Of a stretch of DNA of 64,000 nt, positions 30,120-39,618 are shown piece by piece. The position numbers and the translations under genes were made by a program. The stretch is from an uncultured Acidimicrobiaceae bacterium. GTDB lineage: Bacteria; Actinomycetota; Acidimicrobiia; Acidimicrobiales; RAAP-2. Position 1 is the stretch's first letter. The number at the start of each line of letters is the position of its first letter. Under the pieces are notes generated by a model. The model searched no databases. It was not told the DNA's origin and saw only the letters and a list, made by a program, of their open reading frames with translations. The stretch is taken from contig CAVZRJ010000004.1 in NCBI GenBank assembly GCA_963777665.1, positions 71,996-135,995 on the forward strand. Reading direction: 5' to 3'.

Positions 30120-31124
30120 ATGCGCATCGACGGGACCATCGGCTTCGACCCGGCAGCCGTGGTGGACCGGGCCAGGGAGGCCGAGGCGGCCGGCTACGAC
30201 GGGCTCTGGTCGGCCGAGACCAGCCACGATCCCTTCCTCCCCCTGGTCCTGGCCGCAACCCATACGGAGCGCATCCAGGTCGGCACCGGGATCGCCGTGG
30301 CCTTCGCCCGCAACCCGATGACCCTGGCCACGACGGCCAACGACCTCCAGACCATCGCCCGGGGCCGGTTCATGCTCGGTCTCGGGTCGCAGATCAAGCC
30401 CCATATCGAGAAACGGTTCTCGATGCCCTGGTCGCACCCTGCGCCCCGGATGCGCGAGCTCATCCTCGCCATCCGGGCCATCTGGGCGAGCTGGGCCGAC
30501 GGCAGCCGCCTCGCCTTCCGGGGCGAGTTCTACCGCCACACCCTGATGACGCCGATGTTCGACCCGGGCCCCAACCCGTTCGGCAATCCCGCGGTCTTCC
30601 TCGCAGCGGTCGGCACACGGATGGCGGAGGTGGCCGGCGAGGTGGCCGACGGGCTGCTGGCCCACTCCTTCACCACCGAGCGCTACCTCCGCGAGGTGAC
30701 CCTGCCCGCCCTCGAACGCGGGATCGCCCTCGGCGGGCGATCGCGGTCGGCCCTCCAGGTCTCCCTGCCGGGCATGGTGGTGACCGGGATCGATGATGCC
30801 GGGTTCGAGGCGTCCATGGCCGCGACGAGGAAGCAGCTCGCCTTCTACGGATCGACCCCCGCCTACCGGCCGGTCCTCGAGTTGCACGGGTGGGGCGCGC
30901 TGCAGGACGATCTCAACACCCTGTCGAAGCGCGGCGCCTGGGACGAGATGGCCGGTCTCATCGACGACGAACTGCTCGAGGCCTTCGCCGTGGTCGGCGA
31001 CCTCGATGCCCTCCCGACAATGGTGCGGTCGCGCTTCGACGGCCTGGTCGACCGGTTCAACGTCTACGCCCCCTCGGGAATTCCTGCGGAGCGGTGGGCC
31101 GAGGTGTTGGCCGGATTCTCGTAG
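30120..31124 (+). CDS. LLM-class F420-dependent oxidoreductase
   Basis: MRIDGTIGF...GYDGLWSAETSHDPFLPL...VGTGIAVAFARNPMTLA...FMLGLGSQIKPHIEKRF. ATG at 30120, in frame with track ORF 30039..31124. Confidence 0.85.
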   Translation: MRIDGTIGFDPAAVVDRAREAEAAGYDGLWSAETSHDPFLPLVLAATHTERIQVGTGIAVAFARNPMTLATTANDLQTIARGRFMLGLGSQIKPHIEKRFSMPWSHPAPRMRELILAIRAIWASWADGSRLAFRGEFYRHTLMTPMFDPGPNPFGNPAVFLAAVGTRMAEVAGEVADGLLAHSFTTERYLREVTLPALERGIALGGRSRSALQVSLPGMVVTGIDDAGFEASMAATRKQLAFYGSTPAYRPVLELHGWGALQDDLNTLSKRGAWDEMAGLIDDELLEAFAVVGDLDALPTMVRSRFDGLVDRFNVYAPSGIPAERWAEVLAGFS

Positions 31125-31153
31125 CGGCGCAAGGTCGCCTGGTCTACCGGGGC

Positions 31154-33660
31154 TCAGACGACGATGTTGACCAGCCTCGGTGGCTTGGCGATGACCCGCT
31201 TCGGGCTCGCCCCGTCGAGCACGGCGAGCACGGCGGGCGAGGAGAGGGCCAGCTCCTCGGCGTCGGCCTCGCTGATCCCGGGCGCCACCTCCAAGCGGGC
31301 GCGCACCTTGCCGTTGACCTGGACCACCATGGTCACCGTGTCCTCGGCCACCAGATCGGGATCGGCGGCAGGCCAGGGCAGCAGATGGATGTGGTCACCG
31401 TGGCGGCGCTCCCACGCCTCGGCGGCGAGGTGGGGAGTCATCGGTGCCAGCAGCAACAGCAGGGTGTCCACCGCCTCGTCGATCACGTCGGGACGACCGC
31501 CGTCGCGGGCGTAGGGATGGAGGAGGTTCACGAACTCCATGCAGGCGGCCACGGCGGTGTTGTAGGACCACCGCTCGAAGTCCCGGGACACCCGGTCGAC
31601 GAGCCGGTGGGTGGCCCGCCGGACGGCCAGCGCCCCCGGAGCGGGATCGTCCCCTCCAACCGGGTCCTGGTGCGGCTCGGCGGGGACGGCCAGCCGCCAC
31701 ACCCGGTCGAGGAACCGCGCGCAGCCGTCGATCACGCTGTCGGTCTGGTCGGTCCAGTCCACGTCGTCGGCGGGCGGACCCACGAAGAGGTGGAACAGGC
31801 GCAGCGCGTCGGCACCGACCGTGCCGATGTAGCTCGACGGTGCCACCAGGTTGCCCTTGGACTTCGACATCTTGGTGCCGCCCATCCGGATCATGCCCTG
31901 GGTGAACAGCCGGGCGAACGGCTCGCGGAGGCCGTCGGGCGCGATCCCCACGTCGACGAGCGCCTTGGTGAAGAACCGGGCGTACAGGAGATGGAGGATG
32001 GCGTGCTCGATGCCGCCGATGTACTGGTCGACCGGCATCCAGTGGCGGGCGATCTCCGGGTCGAAGGGCACCCCCTCGTCCACGGGTCGGTGAACCGGAG
32101 GAAGTACCACGACGAGTCGACGAACGTGTCCATGGTGTCGGTCTCGCGGGTGGCCGGGCCGCCACAGGTCGGGCAGGTCGTATGCAGGAAGTGCTCGCTG
32201 GTTGCGAGGGGCGAGACGCCGGTCGGGAGGAACTCCACGTCGTCGGGGGCGAGCACGGGCAGATCGGCGACGGGCACCGGGACGATGCCGTGGTCGGGGC
32301 AGTACACAACCGGGATCGGGCAGCCCCAGAACCGCTGGCGCGAGATGAGCCAGTCGCGCAGCCGGTAATTGACCTTCCGCTCGCCGATGCCCTGCTCCTC
32401 GAGCCAGTCGGTGGCCCGCGCCTTGGCGGTCGGGATGTCCAGGCCGTCGAGCCACCGGCTGTTGATCTTCTCGCCAGAGCCGGTGTACGCGCCGCCCGGT
32501 CGTCCGTCCGGGCCGCCGTGCTCGTCCCACCCGTCGGGGGGGCGCACGGTGCGGACCACCGGGAGCCCGTACGCATGGGCGAAGTCCCAGTCCCGGGCGT
32601 CCTCGGCGGGGACGGCCATGATCGCGCCCGTCCCGTACCCCATGAGCACGTAGTCCGCCACGTAGACCGGGACCGCCGTCCCGGTGAAGGGATTGACCAC
32701 CGAGGAACCGGTGAACGCGCCGCGCTTGGCCAGTGTGGCACCGGACTCTGAGAGTCGCTCGAGCTCCGAGCTCGCGGCGGCGCGGGCCCGCAGCGCTTCG
32801 ACCTCGCTTCGGTGCTCGGGGGTCGTGAGCTCGTCGACCAGCGGGTGCTCGGGGGCGACGACCGCGTAGGTCATCCCGAACGAGGTGTCCGGGCGGGTGG
32901 TGAAGACCCGCAGCGCGAGCCGTTCGCGTCCGTCCGATCCGTCACGCCCCTCGACCACGAGGTCGAACTCGGCCCCCTCCGAACGGCCGATCCAGTTGCG
33001 CTGCATGGTCTTGACCCGCTCGGGCCACGCGAGGTCGTCGAGGCCGGCCAGCAGCTCGTCGGCGTAGGAGGTGATCCGGAAGAACCACTGCTCGAGATCA
33101 CGGACCTCCACCAGGTCGCCCGACCGCTCGCAGGTGCCGTCGACGAGAACCTGCTCGTTGGCCAGCACCGTCTGGCAGCCGGGGCACCAGTTGACCGGTG
33201 CGTTGGCACGGTAGGCGAGCCCGGCGGCGAGCAGCTTCTCGAAGATGACCTGGTTCCACTTGATGTACTCGGGATCGTGGCTGCGGATCTCGCGGCGCCA
33301 GTCGTAGACGGCACCCAGCGAGAGGATCGACTCCTTGAGCTCGGCGATCCGCGCCTCGGTGAAAATCCGGGGGTGGGTGCCGGTGGTGATGGCCGCGTTT
33401 TCCGCGGGCAGCCCGAACGAGTCGAAGCCGAACGGCGAGAGCACGGCGTGGCCGAGCATGGTCCGGTGGCGGACGAGGAGGTCGCCGAACGTGTAGTTGC
33501 GGACGTGGCCCATGTGGGCCGGGCCCGACGGGTAGGGGTACATGGTGAGGACGTACCAGGGGGGGCGGGGGTCGTCGGCGTCCACCTCATAGGTGCCCTC
33601 GTCGTTCCAGCGGCGCTGCCACTTGTTCTCCACCGCGGTGACGTCATAGGCCCGTGCCAT
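31154..33660 (-). CDS. leuS: leucine--tRNA ligase, reading frame interrupted near 32080
   Basis: The HIGH region ([13 protein letters not shown]) and editing domain are in ORF 31891..33660. The KMSKS region (TKMSKSKGN) and C-terminus are in ORF 31154..32530. The junction reads ...[12 protein letters not shown]|[23 protein letters not shown], consistent with one base missing in a G-run. Confidence 0.9.
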
Positions 33661-33720
33661 GGGGCACGATGGTACCGGTCAGCGGGCGAGCGCCCGCCTG
33701 CCGGAGCGCAGAGCGGGTGT

Positions 33721-34983
33721 TCAGATGCCGGCGGCGAGTCCGGAGAGGTCGTGCCCGAATCGCGAAATGTCGCGCGGCAGCAGGGAGAGGACCGAGCCGA
33801 GGTTGGTGACCTGTGCCGAGGGTGGCACACTCACGGCCACCGGCTCTCCGTAGTGGGAGAAGCCGACGGTGAGCGTGGTGGCTGCCGTGGACCGGGTGGC
33901 TGCAGACCCGTTTGCGGAGCCGGAGGCGACCTCCCCGACCAGTCCGCCGAGGGTCGCCCGGGTGAGGAGGATCGAGGCCGAGAGCTGGCGGAGGGTGCCG
34001 TCGCCGGCCACCCAGGCCGTGACCGGCACGGAGGTGTTCCCGATCCGGCCGAGGATTGCCGCTGCCCGGGCTCCGAGCGCGTGGCCGCGATCGAGGCGGG
34101 AGGCGAGTCCTGCGAGGCTCACCGTCGTCCGGTACTCGGTGGTCGGCACCCCGCCGAGGACGGCCGGGCCGACTCTGGTGACCGGTCCCGCTGATGAGCC
34201 GAGCAGGCCGATGAGCCGGGCCGGGTCGGCGAGGATGGCGAGGGTCGCCTGGCCGGAGGAACCGGGGTGACCGTCCTTCGGCAGCGTGCCCCCGAGCCAT
34301 GTCTTCCCGCCGGTCAGCGGGGCGAGGGCCGGGACGCCGACGTAGACGGCACTGCCGCTCGTGACCAGCGAGACGGTGTCGTCTCCGCTGCCGACGATGC
34401 CCGAGAGCGCGGGAACGGACGCACTCACCCGGCTCACATCGGTAGCCAGATCGACCGCACCGGATCCGGAGAGCAGCGTGGTGGTCGTGGCGCCCGAAGT
34501 CTGGGACGCCTGCACGGTGAAGGCGACCGACCGGGCTGCCATCGACCGGGTGGCCGCTCCTGCCAGGGCGCCCCGGGAGGAACCGGGGGTCGTCGCCCCC
34601 GACCCGGACCCTCCGCCAGCGGCAGCCGCGCCGGCCGCGACGGCGACCGCCCCGGCGGCGACGAGCGAGACAACCACGGCCACGGCGGCGATCCGACGGG
34701 CTCGGCCGGCATCCCGGGTCGGAAGCGGCGCGAGGCCGGCAGGCCGCTCATCGAGTCCGACGGCTACCGGAGGACCCGCCGTGCCGGCCAGCGAGTCACC
34801 GGGACGGACCGCGAGTGCGGTGCCGGTGGAGGCCCGCGCACCCCCGGGCTCGTCGGTCGCCGCAGTGCCAAGGGTTGCCGGGGTCCCCACGAAGACCCCG
34901 TCCCGGTATTCGACCGAATCGCCCACTGCTGCCCCTTCGTCTCCCCGACTCGTCGGCACCACGCGGTGTCCGACCGTCGGCAC
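33721..34983 (-). CDS. hypothetical membrane-anchored Ala/Gly/Ser/Thr-rich protein (start uncertain)
   Basis: Single TM (IAAVAVVVSLVAAGAVAVAAG) followed by a ~330-aa extracytoplasmic region. No family recognised. The track ORF extends to 35127 through a tandem DNA repeat. Confidence 0.5.
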   Translation of the reverse strand: MPTVGHRVVPTSRGDEGAAVGDSVEYRDGVFVGTPATLGTAATDEPGGARASTGTALAVRPGDSLAGTAGPPVAVGLDERPAGLAPLPTRDAGRARRIAAVAVVVSLVAAGAVAVAAGAAAAGGGSGSGATTPGSSRGALAGAATRSMAARSVAFTVQASQTSGATTTTLLSGSGAVDLATDVSRVSASVPALSGIVGSGDDTVSLVTSGSAVYVGVPALAPLTGGKTWLGGTLPKDGHPGSSGQATLAILADPARLIGLLGSSAGPVTRVGPAVLGGVPTTEYRTTVSLAGLASRLDRGHALGARAAAILGRIGNTSVPVTAWVAGDGTLRQLSASILLTRATLGGLVGEVASGSANGSAATRSTAATTLTVGFSHYGEPVAVSVPPSAQVTNLGSVLSLLPRDISRFGHDLSGLAAGI

Positions 34984-35072
34984 CTGCCGGTGATCGAGGC
35001 TGCATGGTAGCGACAAGGGTGGCCGAATTGTCGGCAGGACGACAGGAGCAGCCGGGTGGCGCTCGACGGGAC

Positions 35073-35132
35073 GGCCGCCACCCGGTTGGGGGCAGGGCCG
35101 CCACCCGGTTGGGGGCAGGGCCGCCACCCGGT
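35073..35132. repeat. 23-bp tandem repeat, 2.6 copies (GGCCGCCACCCGGTTGGGGGCAG)
   Basis: Units lie at 35073-35095 and 35096-35118 (identical), with a partial third unit at 35119-35132. The repeat is 60 nt upstream of the tRNA-like segment. Confidence 0.9.
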
Positions 35133-35191
35133 CCGGCGTCGAACGGCCTCCTCGTCACCCGAAAAGGTGCTGATACTCTGAGGCGACCTTC

Positions 35192-35229
35192 GGGGGTATA
35201 GCTCAGTTGGTAGAGCGCTTGACTGGCAG
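35192..35229 (+). tRNA. tRNA-Ala(GGC)-like 5' fragment, truncated after the anticodon loop
   Basis: GGGGGTA-TA-GCTC-AGTTGGTA-GAGC-G-CTTGA-CTGGCAG. The following TCCGT cannot pair with CTTGA, and no T-arm or 3' acceptor follows. Confidence 0.5.
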
Positions 35230-35350
35230 TCCGTCGCCGATTGAGCATCCCTGTCATCGGTGTTCATATTTGACCTGGTCAGAGCCCATTCCGTTTCATT
35301 GGTGTCCTATATCGTCACCCGTGTTCAACGATGCGTAGCTACTTCGGTAG

Positions 35351-36605
35351 CTACTCGTTTTCGCTGCGAGCCTCACGACTGTTGGCAGCTAGGACACCGT
35401 CCAACGCAGCCACGTGCCCGGTCACCTTTGATGATGTGCTGTGTCGGTAGTTCTTCACCAACATCGTCAGATCCACGTGGCCGAGTAGGTCACTAATGGT
35501 TCCGAGCGGGACGCCAGCATCTACCAAGCGGGAGGTTGCTGTATGGCGGAACGTATGAGGTGTCACGTCCTTTGGATCGACACCGGCTCGACGTAGTAGT
35601 GCGAGGAACTGTCGCCGGTAGGTCTCCTCTCGCATTGGCTGGCCACGCTCCGTTGTGAAGATCAAGCCCAATCGGGTTCTCCCACACCTCCTCCGAAGCC
35701 GCCTCCTCCGCTTCTTGTTCAGTTCGCCGGACTGCAAGAGCCTCTCTCACGTCCTGAGGCATTGCCAATACACGCAGCGAAGCTTCCGTCTTCAGACCGC
35801 CTCTTGGAATGAGTCTGCCCCCTTCACGACGCTGGCTGTGCCGGACATGCAAGTCATTCCCGACCACGTCTTCCCATGCAAGTGCCAGCAGCTCACCGGG
35901 CCGCAGGCCAAGGCCGAGCTGAATCAGCCACGCTGCCTCCAACCGATCACCGTGCGCCGCCATCCGAATGGATTCCACCTCACTCTTCGTGAAAGAACGG
36001 GTCTTACGTTCTGGTGCATCAGGAATCTTCGCCTCACGAGCGACGTTCTCCGGTACACGACCTTCGGACTTTGCGTGCTGAAGGCCCATGCCCAAGACCT
36101 TTTTCGCCAGCCTGATAGTGGACTTTGCGTAGCCGACACGGCCATTGCCCTCTGCGTCCTCGCCACGACGAGCCGAAGCCATGCCAATCAGGAAGGCGTT
36201 CACGTCGGATGTCGTCAACTCCGAAAGCAACTTTGACCCAATGGTCGGGCGGATATGCAGGTCGATCATGCTCATGTAGTTCTCAGCCGTGGAACCCGCC
36301 ACGCCTGACAAGTAGTGCTTGCTCCACTCGTCCAGACACTCAGCCACCGTTTGACCGGGATCTGGGATCCTGCCATCCGGGTAGGCATTCTGAAGTTCCT
36401 TGAGTGCCTGCCTCTTGCGGCCCATCTCACCGGAGCCGCCCTTCACGTTTCTGGTCTTGCGTTTCAGTCGGCCCTTGGCATCTCGTACGGTTATCTCGAC
36501 CCGAATGCTGCCATTCGGAAGGCGGAACCAAGTGCCCTCGCCGTTTCCAGCCTTCCGAGTACCGGCCCGACCCTCATCGCTATCCCGGTTGTTGGTCATG
36601 GTCAA
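35351..36605 (-). CDS. int: tyrosine-type site-specific integrase, frame interrupted near 35660
   Basis: The N-terminal/SAM-like and core-binding parts are in ORF 35493..36605. The catalytic C-terminus (HTFRHTATSRLV...LLGHVDLTMLVKNYRH) is in ORF 35351..35737. The junction reads WENPIGL|IFTTERGQPM. Confidence 0.85.
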
Positions 36606-36879
36606 ACTCTGCCAACTGGGTGAGACGGTCGATCTCGGAGGCCGGGATCATCCGCCTACCTTCGAGCTTGAGGCTCTTCAGGTGGCCCTTGTTGAGTAGT
36701 GAGTACACATAGCCTCGTGATGACCCAATGAGGTCGGCGGCCTCCTGTGGGCTGACGAAGAGTCTCCGAGAACCGAGATGGACCGGATCGTCGCCACCAG
36801 ATGGGTCGCCCAAGTCCATGATGACGAGAGTCACGATGACGCCCTCGCCGTCGCTGTTTCTGTTCCCGAGGTACCTCAT
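36580..36879 (-). CDS. xis: excisionase-type helix-turn-helix DNA-binding protein (probable real start at ATG 36819)
   Basis: LFVSPQEAADLIGSSRGYVYSLLNKGHLKSLKLEGRRMIPASEIDRL is the HTH_17/Xis pattern. It overlaps the integrase start. Confidence 0.7.
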   Translation of the reverse strand: MRYLGNRNSDGEGVIVTLVIMDLGDPSGGDDPVHLGSRRLFVSPQEAADLIGSSRGYVYSLLNKGHLKSLKLEGRRMIPASEIDRLTQLAEFDHDQQPG

Positions 36880-36941
36880 ACCCCGTCATTGGCTGCTTTG
36901 CGGGGCTTGCAGGCCCCTTCTGGCGTGTGTATAGGTGGCCA

Positions 36942-37216
36942 TCAGAGAGCCACGACTTCGTCTGTGCGGAACCAAGTCACAGTGCCCGTCAGGTCGACAC
37001 CGACTTCGATGTCGGCCGGATTGATGGTCGCGACGGTCCGGAGCGACCGTGGTAGCGAGGTGCCGTACCACGGGTAGGGATTCGCCAGCTTCACGATGAC
37101 GATCTCACCTAGCTCGAAGCCGACGACCTCGGCAGCAAGTCCGCTGCGTCTCCGATCTGCGTTGGTCCCACGGCGAAGGTTTTTGCCAGCGGATGGTCCT
37201 TCGGGAGGATGATCAT
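36942..37216 (-). CDS. small hypothetical protein (~91 aa if one frame correction near 37125-37140 is made)
   Basis: ATG 37216 is preceded by GAGG (8-nt spacer). MIILPKDHPLAKTFAVGPTQIGDAAD then continues in the next frame as LAAEVVGFELGEIVIVKLANPYPWYGTSLPRSLRTVATINPADIEVGVDLTGTVTWFRTDEVVAL. A 3' paralogous fragment lies at 38169-38290. Confidence 0.4.
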
Positions 37217-37302
37217 GACGGTTGCCTCATTGGTCCTCTGCCCCGGGTCCGAGGCACTCGGCAGGTGAGTGCATCGAACTCGATCTCGCATTTTTCCGAG
37301 CT

Positions 37303-37788
37303 TCAGTGAGCAAGCCGGGGATCGTGCTGCTGTGCGTCGGCCACGAATAATGCGAGGCGAGCACCCCACTCTTCAAGTGTCTCGACCTGATCATCCACAT
37401 CGGAGCCGGATGCGCAAAGCTCAAAGGAGGTTAGGGATTCCCCTATGTGTGTCTGGACGAGATCCACGAGGAACTCCTCCATCTCCGACTCGGTTGGCTC
37501 GAAAACATGATCAGTGAAGCCGTAGCGTGCGGCCATAGCCGATGCTTCAGGCTCCAACATCAGAACATCAATCACTTCGACCGCCGAGACGGCTTGGAAG
37601 ATGATGTGGTCCGCTGGCATACGGGTGACAAACGAAGCGAGATCAGCCAACGACTGAGCTGATCGTTCGTTGCGGAAATCGTCAGGGAACTGCTCTGCGA
37701 TCTCCTGTCGCCATTGTGACTCGGCTAGCAAATGCTCAGCCAAAAGCTTCTGCCCGGTGCTGTTCTCTACTGCATTGATTGTTGTCAT
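37303..37788 (-). CDS. hypothetical acidic protein (161 aa)
   Basis: Track ORF, rich in Asp/Glu (..FEPTESEMEEFLVDLV..SGSDVDDQVETLEEW..). No family recognised. Confidence 0.5.
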   Translation of the reverse strand: MTTINAVENSTGQKLLAEHLLAESQWRQEIAEQFPDDFRNERSAQSLADLASFVTRMPADHIIFQAVSAVEVIDVLMLEPEASAMAARYGFTDHVFEPTESEMEEFLVDLVQTHIGESLTSFELCASGSDVDDQVETLEEWGARLALFVADAQQHDPRLAH

Positions 37789-38168
37789 TTGATGGTCCTA
37801 CTTTCCGGTGGGCGAACCCACCTTTTTAAGGCGAATGCTCGACTTGAGCTTTCGGAGCCGACCAAACGACAGTCATTTACGCTTTTGTCAACCAACTTCT
37901 TCGGCCGTTATTCCTAGTCAGAAGATTTGCTTAAATATTTGCTGGAGGCGTCGTATTGCTAGCTATTCGTCTAAGTACCTAGATACTGATTGAGCTACTA
38001 CCTAGGTACATTCTTGGGCGTTTATTTTCGGTCGGTGCGTTCATCGTCCCTGCGTGCCCTCCGGCCGGACAGCTGGCGAAAGCTGCCCGATCTGCCTCGG
38101 GTGCTCCCCCACCAACGACCACAGAGGTATTTTGCGGGGCTTGGAGGCTCCTCCAGCGCTCTCATAGG

Positions 38169-38351
38169 TCACTGTGGGGCCAGTTCGGTAGGCCTGAACC
38201 AAGTGGTCGTGCCGTTGAGACTGACACCGACTTCGATGTCTGCCGGGTTGATGGTCGTGACCGGTCCGGTCCTGCCGTGGTAGTGGGGGCGGCGTTGGGT
38301 GCATGTGGTTCTTCGACGGCTAGCAATCCGACCACTACCGTGGTTGCTCAC
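38169..38351 (-). pseudogene. 3' fragment paralogous to the 36942..37216 gene
   Basis: ...PHYHGRTGPVTTINPADIEVGVSLNGTTTWFRPTELAPQ aligns with ...PWYGTSLPRSLRTVATINPADIEVGVDLTGTVTWFRTDEVVAL. The upstream part is unrelated. Confidence 0.45.
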
Positions 38352-38710
38352 ACGGCTTCGCCATCGACTACTTCACTAGCCAGCACCACGACCACAGCGG
38401 CGCCATCCGTGGGACCTCAAGTGCTCGGCATCCTCAACAACCTTGACAGTCAGGTGAATGCAGATGCCAGCGGTCCCAACTACTCAGCCCTTACGACCGC
38501 TTTTGGCATGCCGCTCAGCAACTTCAGGCGATCACGTTTCCGGCAGCCGATCAGGCAGACGCTAAGACTCTGATTCGTGACCTGAACAAACTGAGTGCGG
38601 ATGCCACGGAACAGGACGCTGCGCAGTTGCAATCCGATCTAGAGACGGCACACGCTGACGATGACACCTTGCGTGGTGCTCTGCAACTAGCTCCGGCTCC
38701 TACGTCGTGA
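38277..38710 (+). pseudogene. lipoprotein-like gene fragment (signal peptide truncated, frame change near 38505)
   Basis: VVGAALGACGSSTASNPTTT... has a lipobox but almost no signal peptide. The conserved-looking continuation AAQQLQAITFPAADQADAKTLIRDLNKLSADATEQ... is in another frame and ends at 38710. Confidence 0.4.
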
Positions 38711-39083
38711 ATGCTCGTCCCGTTGCGATGCAGGGCGGCCCGTTACACGTCCCAAGTCCCGGCCTCCCCTGTGTGCGCCAACGGTCGCTAAGCCCATCGC
38801 ACGGGATCATCTAGCGGAGGTGGCAACTCAGGCGGCGCCAACCTGTAGCGGTGCTCACTCCGATGGACGGGACCGGTTCGATCCTGAGCGGATCGAGATC
38901 ACCTACCGCTGTGCCACCGTCGCCAAGATCAGCGTGCGGGGCATCAGAGCCGCTAACGCTGCGTGATGCAGAGACCCTCTCACACCATCCGCACGGGGCT
39001 CTGAGGGCGTTCTACGGGCGGGGGTGAATGATCGTCGCTCTGTAGCAGACAGCCGCTCTAGATCCTGCTCTGCGCTCGTTCGA

Positions 39084-39132
39084 CTACCGAGGTACTGGGG
39101 TCAGATGGGGACGACGGGGAGTACCTCGGTAG
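39084..39132. other. 13-bp perfect inverted repeat with 23-nt G-rich loop
   Basis: CTACCGAGGTACT-GGGGTCAGATGGGGACGACGGGG-AGTACCTCGGTAG, in a stretch without a convincing ORF. Confidence 0.8.
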
Positions 39133-39618
39133 AGAGTCTGTGAGGAGAGTGAGAGCGCCAGCGGTCGGGAGGCACCAACTGCCCAGGTCGGTCGAAAGAA
39201 GCCCCTGCTCCCCTCCACCGGACGCAATGGTGGGCTTCTAGATCCAGGTCGCCAGCGGCGAGGAGGGGGACGTTCCGGTACTGGCCACCCGGAACTGGGC
39301 GTGGATTTCTCCTGCGGGAGCCGCTCAGGGACATCTCGATCAGTGAGGCTGCATCGAAGCACAGTAGGGTCCGTTGTGCCTTCCACTGACACCTGTCGCC
39401 ATGCTTCTGCCGTGCATATGTGGCTCCTACAGAACCCGGAGCACCAAGTCGAAAGATCAGAGGATGCTTCTGCCCGAGACCCGTCACGCTCCCCCATTTC
39501 CTGACAAAGAGTGGGGGAAGGCGAAGAGGCTGGAAGAGGCCGCTCGATGGCTGTGGGAGTACCTGAAAGACAAGCCCGATTGTGCCGCAGACAGTTGGAC
39601 CATCAAGCTTGATGCTTC

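Noticed and set aside
34984-35127. N-terminal extension of the 33721 ORF (MAALPPTGWRPCPQPGGG...).
   Set aside because: The extension is produced by translating the 23-bp tandem DNA repeat and looks non-protein-like. A downstream GTG (34983) is preferred.
38868-38892. GGTTCGATCC string that could be the missing tRNA T-arm.
   Set aside because: The flanking five-mers (ACCGG / CTGAG) are not complementary, and no acceptor or anticodon-stem context is present. It is probably part of a decayed ORF (...DRFDPERIEITYR...).
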